A stretch of 64,000 bases of DNA from Eubacteriales bacterium (GTDB lineage: Bacteria > Bacillota > Clostridia > Saccharofermentanales > DTU023), in NCBI GenBank assembly GCA_030537525.1, contig JAUNVU010000001.1, positions 84,187 to 148,186 of the forward strand, written 5' to 3'. Position 1 is the stretch's first letter, and each line of letters opens with the position of its first letter. Positions 58,648 through 64,000 of the stretch are shown one piece after another. Made by a program: the position numbers and the translations under genes. The notes under the pieces are model-generated. The model worked only from the letters and a program-made list of their open reading frames with translations, was not told the origin of the DNA and searched no databases.

Positions 58648-60110
58648 TGAGAGATATAGAAAATAAGATTAATTGTAACGGCAAGAACTTGAGTTTGCTG
58701 TCTGATTACTATGAGTTCACCATGGCCCAGGCTTATTATGAACAAGGCATTCACGAGCGAATGGCTTATTTTGACTTGTTTTTCCGGCAGGTGCCAGAGC
58801 AGGGAGGCTACGCCATAATGGCTGGTGTTTCGCAGATTATAGAGTACCTGCAGAACTTGAAGTTTGATGAAGAAATAATCGATTATTTGAGATCTTGCGG
58901 TTTCCATGAAGATTTTCTCGAATATTTGAGTAAATTGGAGTTTAGTTGTGATGTTGATGCAATTCCAGAAGGAACTCCGATTTTCCCAGCGGAACCTTTG
59001 GTCAGAGTTCGTGGTCCACTAATCCAGTGTCAACTAGTTGAGACTATGCTTTTATTGTCGATTAATCATCAATCTCTCATCGCGACAAAGTCAGCAAGAA
59101 TTGTCCGAGCTGCCAAGGGGCGGAAAGTCATTGAATTCGGTGCCAGGAGGGCACAAGGTTATGACGCTTCAATTCTCGGTGCCAGAGCTGCATATATCGG
59201 TGGGGTTGCAGGTACCTCTTGTACTCTAGCTGCCAAACTATTTGGTATCCCTGCTATGGGTACAATGGCTCATTCTTGGGTCCAAGCCTTTGATACTGAG
59301 TATGAAGCATTTCTGGCCTACGCTGAGGTCCATCCTGAAAACACTCAATTATTGATTGATACCTATAATACTCTGCAGTCTGGTTTGCCCAATGCCATTA
59401 GAGTTCACAGAGAATTTTTAGAGCCGAGAGGAGAGAGTCTAAAAGCTGTACGCATTGACAGTGGCGACCTTACCTATCTGTCACAAAAATGCCGTGAAGC
59501 ATTAGATCAGGCAGGACTAGAGAACTGCCAGATTATAGTTTCTAACTCTATAGATGAGTATCTAATTCGCGAACTATTGGTGCAAGGTGCAACAATTGAC
59601 AGTTTCGGTGTCGGTGAGCGTCTGATTACTTCGCGTGCAGAACCTGTATTTTCTGGAGTATATAAGCTATCTGCAATTGAAAATGCCGATGGTAAACTAG
59701 AGCCCCGTATGAAAATTTCTGAAAATCCTGGAAAGATCACTAATCCAGGTCCGAAGAACGTGTATCGTCTATATAACGATGAAGGTTTTGCCGAAGCTGA
59801 TTTAATCTGCCTAGAGGAAGAGGTTATTGATGATAGCAAGGATCTTGAAATCTTCGATCCTCTACACACATGGAAGCGTAAGACTTTGACAAACTTTAAA
59901 GCAAGGAAACTACTTGAGCCAATTTTCAGAGCAGGCAAGCTTGTCTATCACGAGCCTAGCTTGGATGAGTCGAGAGATTATGCAAAGGAGCAGTTAGCTA
60001 CGCTTTGGAATAGTATAAAGCGTTTGGAGAATCCCCAAATCTATTATGTAGACCTCTCTCAGAAACTTTGGGATTTAAAGGAGGATATACTACAAGAGAA
60101 GGACAGATAA
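58647..60110 (+). CDS. pncB: Nicotinate phosphoribosyltransferase
   Basis: DYYEFTM, EFGARRAQG, GTMAHS, RIDSGDL. Confidence 0.95.
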   Translation: MRDIENKINCNGKNLSLLSDYYEFTMAQAYYEQGIHERMAYFDLFFRQVPEQGGYAIMAGVSQIIEYLQNLKFDEEIIDYLRSCGFHEDFLEYLSKLEFSCDVDAIPEGTPIFPAEPLVRVRGPLIQCQLVETMLLLSINHQSLIATKSARIVRAAKGRKVIEFGARRAQGYDASILGARAAYIGGVAGTSCTLAAKLFGIPAMGTMAHSWVQAFDTEYEAFLAYAEVHPENTQLLIDTYNTLQSGLPNAIRVHREFLEPRGESLKAVRIDSGDLTYLSQKCREALDQAGLENCQIIVSNSIDEYLIRELLVQGATIDSFGVGERLITSRAEPVFSGVYKLSAIENADGKLEPRMKISENPGKITNPGPKNVYRLYNDEGFAEADLICLEEEVIDDSKDLEIFDPLHTWKRKTLTNFKARKLLEPIFRAGKLVYHEPSLDESRDYAKEQLATLWNSIKRLENPQIYYVDLSQKLWDLKEDILQEKDR

Positions 60111-60115
60111 TTTAT

Positions 60116-61255
60116 CTAGTCCCTGGGGAAATGACCGAATTCAGGTCTGATCTGCAAATTAATCTTAGGCAACTCTTCACTCAAGGTATAACTTATCTCC
60201 TGCATAATCTGATCAGCAGAGGTCTGTAAGCTTTCGGGGAAAAGAATTTCAATTTTTAAAACTTCCTTCCCATCATATCTGTAAAGATGAAAGTCATGAG
60301 GGTAGGGAGCTGGTTCATAAGCTTTACAGATGTCTTGAATTATCTTCCGAGCCTCATTTAACTCTTGATCGTCTAGTGGTCGGGGATCAACATGAGTGCT
60401 GAGCAGTACTCCGTACTTCTCTAGCGCTTCGACTTCAAGACGCTCTACTTCTTCGTGGACTTCTATTAAACCGAGACTGGCATCAACTTCAACGTGGATA
60501 CTACCTATAGTTCTGCCTGAACCATAATTATTGAGAACGAGGTCGTGGTGCTCAAGTATCATTGAAGAAGAATCATAGAGTCTATCAATTGCCTGAATTA
60601 ATTCCTTTGGCGGGCTTTTGCCTATTATTTCATCGAAGCTCTCCTTCAAGATTTGTACGGCCTGCCAGGCAATGATGATTACCAGTAGCACAGCTAAAAA
60701 TGCATCCAATGGTAGTTTGCTAAATTTGGCCAATATCAGGGTTATTAGCATTAGCATATTGATTATAATATCCATTAAAGAGTCGTTTAGAATCGCTTTG
60801 AAAATGAGAGAGTTTGTCTTCTTGTAAATCATCTGTGAACGAATGAAAAAGAAACTCTTAATGGCTATTGAAAGCATTAATACGATGAAGATTTCAAAGC
60901 TAATCGTAGCACGTTGATGACTGTAGATCGTCTGGATGGCAGATTTTATAACCTCAAAACTGGAAAATAAAAGAATTATAGCGAGAATAGTGCTGCCTAT
61001 ATACTCAATGCGACGATGACCAAAAGGATGTTCATTATCTGGTGCTTTGTTGGAAAATTTGTTGCTAAAGAAGGCAATAAGAGATGTGAGCGCATCATTT
61101 AAATTGTTGATGGCATCGGCGATTAAGCTCATTGAAGAAGTAATTAAGCCTAGCAGTATTTTGCTGACGAATAGTAAAGTGTTGAGAATGAGAAATAACA
61201 AACTGGTCCTAGTTCTCGTTTTCTCTAACTTATCTCTTGTTTTAGTAATTGTCAT
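60116..61255 (-). CDS. Cation diffusion facilitator family transporter
   Basis: ADAINNL.D, HPFGHRRIEY, six TM helices, C-terminal dimerisation domains. Confidence 0.9.
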   Translation of the reverse strand: MTITKTRDKLEKTRTRTSLLFLILNTLLFVSKILLGLITSSMSLIADAINNLNDALTSLIAFFSNKFSNKAPDNEHPFGHRRIEYIGSTILAIILLFSSFEVIKSAIQTIYSHQRATISFEIFIVLMLSIAIKSFFFIRSQMIYKKTNSLIFKAILNDSLMDIIINMLMLITLILAKFSKLPLDAFLAVLLVIIIAWQAVQILKESFDEIIGKSPPKELIQAIDRLYDSSSMILEHHDLVLNNYGSGRTIGSIHVEVDASLGLIEVHEEVERLEVEALEKYGVLLSTHVDPRPLDDQELNEARKIIQDICKAYEPAPYPHDFHLYRYDGKEVLKIEILFPESLQTSADQIMQEISYTLSEELPKINLQIRPEFGHFPRD

Positions 61256-61341
61256 CTTGTCACCTCACTACCGACTCTTGTAAATGTTATAATATCCTCA
61301 ATTCAGCGAGCTTAAAAGTTTGCTCGTAGAAAGGTGTTTTT

Positions 61342-61728
61342 ATGGAAATTAAAAAAATACACTCAGAGAAGGCGCCAGCAGCAGTAGGTCCCTATGTACA
61401 GGCAAAACAGGCAGGGGGTATGCTCTTTATCTCTGGCCAATTACCTGTAGAATATGAGAGTGGCGAATTAATTATCGAGGATATTTCAAGAGCTGCCAAA
61501 GCATCCATGGAGAATATCGGTTTCATCTTGGAGGCGGCTGGCGGTAACTTCAAGGATCTTATCAAGTGCAATATTTATCTAGTTGATATGAGTGATTTTG
61601 CTGAAGTCAATGAAGTTTATGCCAGTTTCTTTAGTGATGGAGAGTATCCAGCAAGAGCTTGTGTCGCAGTCAAGGAATTGCCCAAGGGTGCCAGAGTAGA
61701 AATTGAAGCCATCGCTGCAATAAAATAA
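61342..61728 (+). CDS. ridA: RidA family enamine/imine deaminase
   Basis: APAAVGPY.Q, ISGQLP, PARACV, LPKGA.VEIE. Confidence 0.92.
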   Translation: MEIKKIHSEKAPAAVGPYVQAKQAGGMLFISGQLPVEYESGELIIEDISRAAKASMENIGFILEAAGGNFKDLIKCNIYLVDMSDFAEVNEVYASFFSDGEYPARACVAVKELPKGARVEIEAIAAIK

Positions 61729-61746
61729 ACTTATAGAAGTTATATT

Positions 61747-61778
61747 AGTACCTGGCCTATTTTAGGTCGGGTATTTTT
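61747..61778 (+). terminator. Intrinsic terminator after ridA
   Basis: TACCTGGCCT/AGGTCGGGTA plus T tract. Confidence 0.7.
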
Positions 61779-61807
61779 AAGAAAAAATAAATTGAGAGTG
61801 GACTAAG

Positions 61808-62857
61808 ATGGCTGAAGTACGGAAAAAGAAAATTCTACTATTGGCTACTGGTGGAACTATTGCTTGTGTAGCCACTGATCGAGGTTTCGTCCCAGGCATC
61901 ACTGGACGAGAACTCTTAGCCCAGATTCCTGAATTAGCTGCGGAGGCTGATTTCATCGCACAGCAGTTGATGAACAAGGATTCCTCTGAAATGGAGGTTC
62001 AGGATTGGATTACTATAGCTAGTGCAGTATCAATTGCTCAGACTGCTTATGACGGGGTCGTCATTACGCATGGTACTGATACTATGTGCTACACGGCGGC
62101 TGCTCTTTCTTTTATGCTGAGAAATCTCAAAATACCAGTACTATTAACAGGTTCGCAGAAACCATCTACAGTCGAGGATTCGGATGGACCTGATAATCTG
62201 GAATCTGCTTGTCGCTTCGTTCTAGAAGCAGAGCCTGGTGTTGCCATTGCTTTTAATCGTAAGTTGATTCACGGGGTTCGCGCCTTCAAGATGTACACGA
62301 AGAACAAGGATGCCTATGTTTCCAGAAACTATCCAGTACTTGCTGAATTAAAGGACGGGCAGATTGTCTGGCACAGACAATTAAAGGTTTTGAGAGACGG
62401 TCCTGGGCTTTTGCCTATTGAGGATCCTGATAAGATTTTCCAGGAACAGACTCTCGATTTATGCGAAAATGTTGGACTCTTGAAGCTGACACCTGCAACT
62501 CAGGCCGATATTTTGAACTATTACGCTAATAGCAGTTGCCGTGCTCTTGTAATTGAGGGTTTTGGAGCCGGCGGTATAGCGAATCTGACGAGGGGTATGG
62601 CAGGTGGTATCAAGCATCTGATAGATGATTGTAATATATCCGTTGTAATGATTTCGCAGTGTACTTATGAGGGTGTTAATCTTTCAATTTACGGAGTTGG
62701 AGAAGTTGCGAAAGGACTAGGTGTAATTCCTGGTAATGATATGACTACGGAAGTAGCCGTTACTAAATTGATGTGGATTTTGAGTAAGACTACAGATCCG
62801 GTCCTGATTCGCGAAATGGTGCAGTTTAATTATTTAGATGAGATAGCTCATGATTAA
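61808..62857 (+). CDS. ansA: L-asparaginase type I
   Basis: ATGGTIA, HGTDTM, TGSQ, DMTTE. Confidence 0.9.
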   Translation: MAEVRKKKILLLATGGTIACVATDRGFVPGITGRELLAQIPELAAEADFIAQQLMNKDSSEMEVQDWITIASAVSIAQTAYDGVVITHGTDTMCYTAAALSFMLRNLKIPVLLTGSQKPSTVEDSDGPDNLESACRFVLEAEPGVAIAFNRKLIHGVRAFKMYTKNKDAYVSRNYPVLAELKDGQIVWHRQLKVLRDGPGLLPIEDPDKIFQEQTLDLCENVGLLKLTPATQADILNYYANSSCRALVIEGFGAGGIANLTRGMAGGIKHLIDDCNISVVMISQCTYEGVNLSIYGVGEVAKGLGVIPGNDMTTEVAVTKLMWILSKTTDPVLIREMVQFNYLDEIAHD

Positions 62858-64000
62858 GAAATATTACGAACAGTTCAAGTGGTTCATTAGATACTATAGA
62901 CATCGCTATATCATGGCGTTTACTGTCATGTTAATCGCTAAGATATTGATGTTACTGCCGCCGAAGATAATTGGTACCGTGGTCGACGAGATTGTCGGTA
63001 ATACACTTACTTGGTCAATATTAAAGTGGCAAGTATTAAGTTTAGTCGGTCTGACAGTTGTGATCTACTTTGCCGACTTCTTCTGGGGCTACAATTTATT
63101 TCGGGCAGCGGACGAAATTGACTATCTTGCCAGAGATCGCATCTTCAAAAAGTTGTTGAAGCAGGGTCCAGACTTTTACAGTAGATATACCACAGGCGCA
63201 CTTATGGCTAGGGCAACGAGTGATGTCGATGCGCTGAGTGATCTTTCAGCTTATGGCATGATGACTGCGGTCGATTCCACCTTCTGGCCAGTGCTGCTTT
63301 TTGGCTTCATGATGGCGATTTCTTGGCAGTTGACCTTGGCGTCGATCATTCCTCTGCCTTTCGTCATCTTCTTTTCGAAATATGTAGGTGAGAAGCTCTA
63401 TAATCGCTATGAAGAGGCGCAAGTAGCTTTTGAAGGCTTGAATCAAGCGGTGTTGGAGGGGGTTTCAGGCGTACGCGTTGTGCGGGCTTATAATCTGGAA
63501 CAAAAAGAGAGTGAACGGTTTAAGGAGAGTGCCGATTACCTCTTCAGAAAGAATATGCAAGCATGCTATCTGACACAGCTGTATACGCCAGTGGCCAATT
63601 TCTTTCCAGGCATAGCCTTCTTAATTGCCGTGGGCCTCGGTGTAGTCCTAATTCATGGTAATAAACTTTCGATTGGAGAACTGACAACCTTCTTATTTTA
63701 CTTGGGTTTCTTCATTTCACCAATGTTTGCCATAGGCCAATTTATCAATATTGGTCAGCGTGGATCGGCCTCGATGGAACGTATTGATGAGCTCTTAAAC
63801 GAGCCGGTGACAATAGACGACAGTCTAATTAAAGATGATTTGCCAAAGGAGTACTCCGTAGAGTTTAGAGACTTCTCCTTCAGCTATCCCAGTTCTGATT
63901 CGGAAGTTTTAACCAAGATCAATTTCGCACTTGGCGCAGGCCAGACACTCGGCATTGTCGGTCCAGTCGGCAGTGGCAAAAGTACAATAGTAGAGCAGCT
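62850..64000 (+). CDS. ABC exporter, TMD-NBD fusion (MdlA/YheI-like); partial, runs off the window
   Basis: ATG 62850 gives MIKKYYEQFKWF...; TM helices, TGALMARATSDV, GVRVVRAY, ends in the Walker A GPVGSGKST. Confidence 0.88.
   Translation, partial: MIKKYYEQFKWFIRYYRHRYIMAFTVMLIAKILMLLPPKIIGTVVDEIVGNTLTWSILKWQVLSLVGLTVVIYFADFFWGYNLFRAADEIDYLARDRIFKKLLKQGPDFYSRYTTGALMARATSDVDALSDLSAYGMMTAVDSTFWPVLLFGFMMAISWQLTLASIIPLPFVIFFSKYVGEKLYNRYEEAQVAFEGLNQAVLEGVSGVRVVRAYNLEQKESERFKESADYLFRKNMQACYLTQLYTPVANFFPGIAFLIAVGLGVVLIHGNKLSIGELTTFLFYLGFFISPMFAIGQFINIGQRGSASMERIDELLNEPVTIDDSLIKDDLPKEYSVEFRDFSFSYPSSDSEVLTKINFALGAGQTLGIVGPVGSGKSTIVEQ

Noticed and set aside
200-62857. UGA already reassigned to a sense codon (code 4 or 25)
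   Set aside because: All conserved genes are full length under the standard code with no internal TGA, and conserved Trp positions use TGG
1-64000. CRISPR array, prophage, IS element, defence or toxin-antitoxin system
   Set aside because: No spaced direct repeats and no integrase, transposase or phage genes; nearly all sequence is explained by housekeeping genes

Overview
Core-chromosome housekeeping region of a Clostridia-class Firmicute; an Acetivibrionales/Saccharofermentanales-like affinity is a weak inference from ribosomal-protein extensions. The window holds 71 CDS (two partial at the edges) and two tRNAs (Gln-CTG, Leu-TAG). Main blocks: a Bce-type two-component/ABC module; rsmE-hisS-aspS-lepB-lepA; fhs; cdaR-ftsEX-M23-ctpA-trpS; the S10-spc operon ending at secY; a ~12 kb inserted housekeeping block (alaS, hit, rpsU, recJ, rel, rnj, rpsT); adk-map-infA; an alpha operon lacking rpsD; a fused ECF ATPase; truA, pncB, ridA, asparaginase and an ABC exporter. 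I saw no mobile element, prophage, CRISPR or defence system, and no novel multi-gene operon. The most unusual signal is translational. By hand count the 70 visible stops are 36 TAG, 32 TAA and 2 TGA. Both TGA stops have an in-frame TAG 1-2 codons later, and no ATGA overlaps occur, so UGA/RF2 termination may be weak or disappearing in this lineage. Other notable points: a CTG-initiated rsmE whose SD lies in a terminator hairpin, candidate leaderless mRNAs, no T-boxes, a tRNA-Gln with A1-U72, extended ribosomal proteins and several candidate r-leader RNAs. All calls are by eye and untested computationally.
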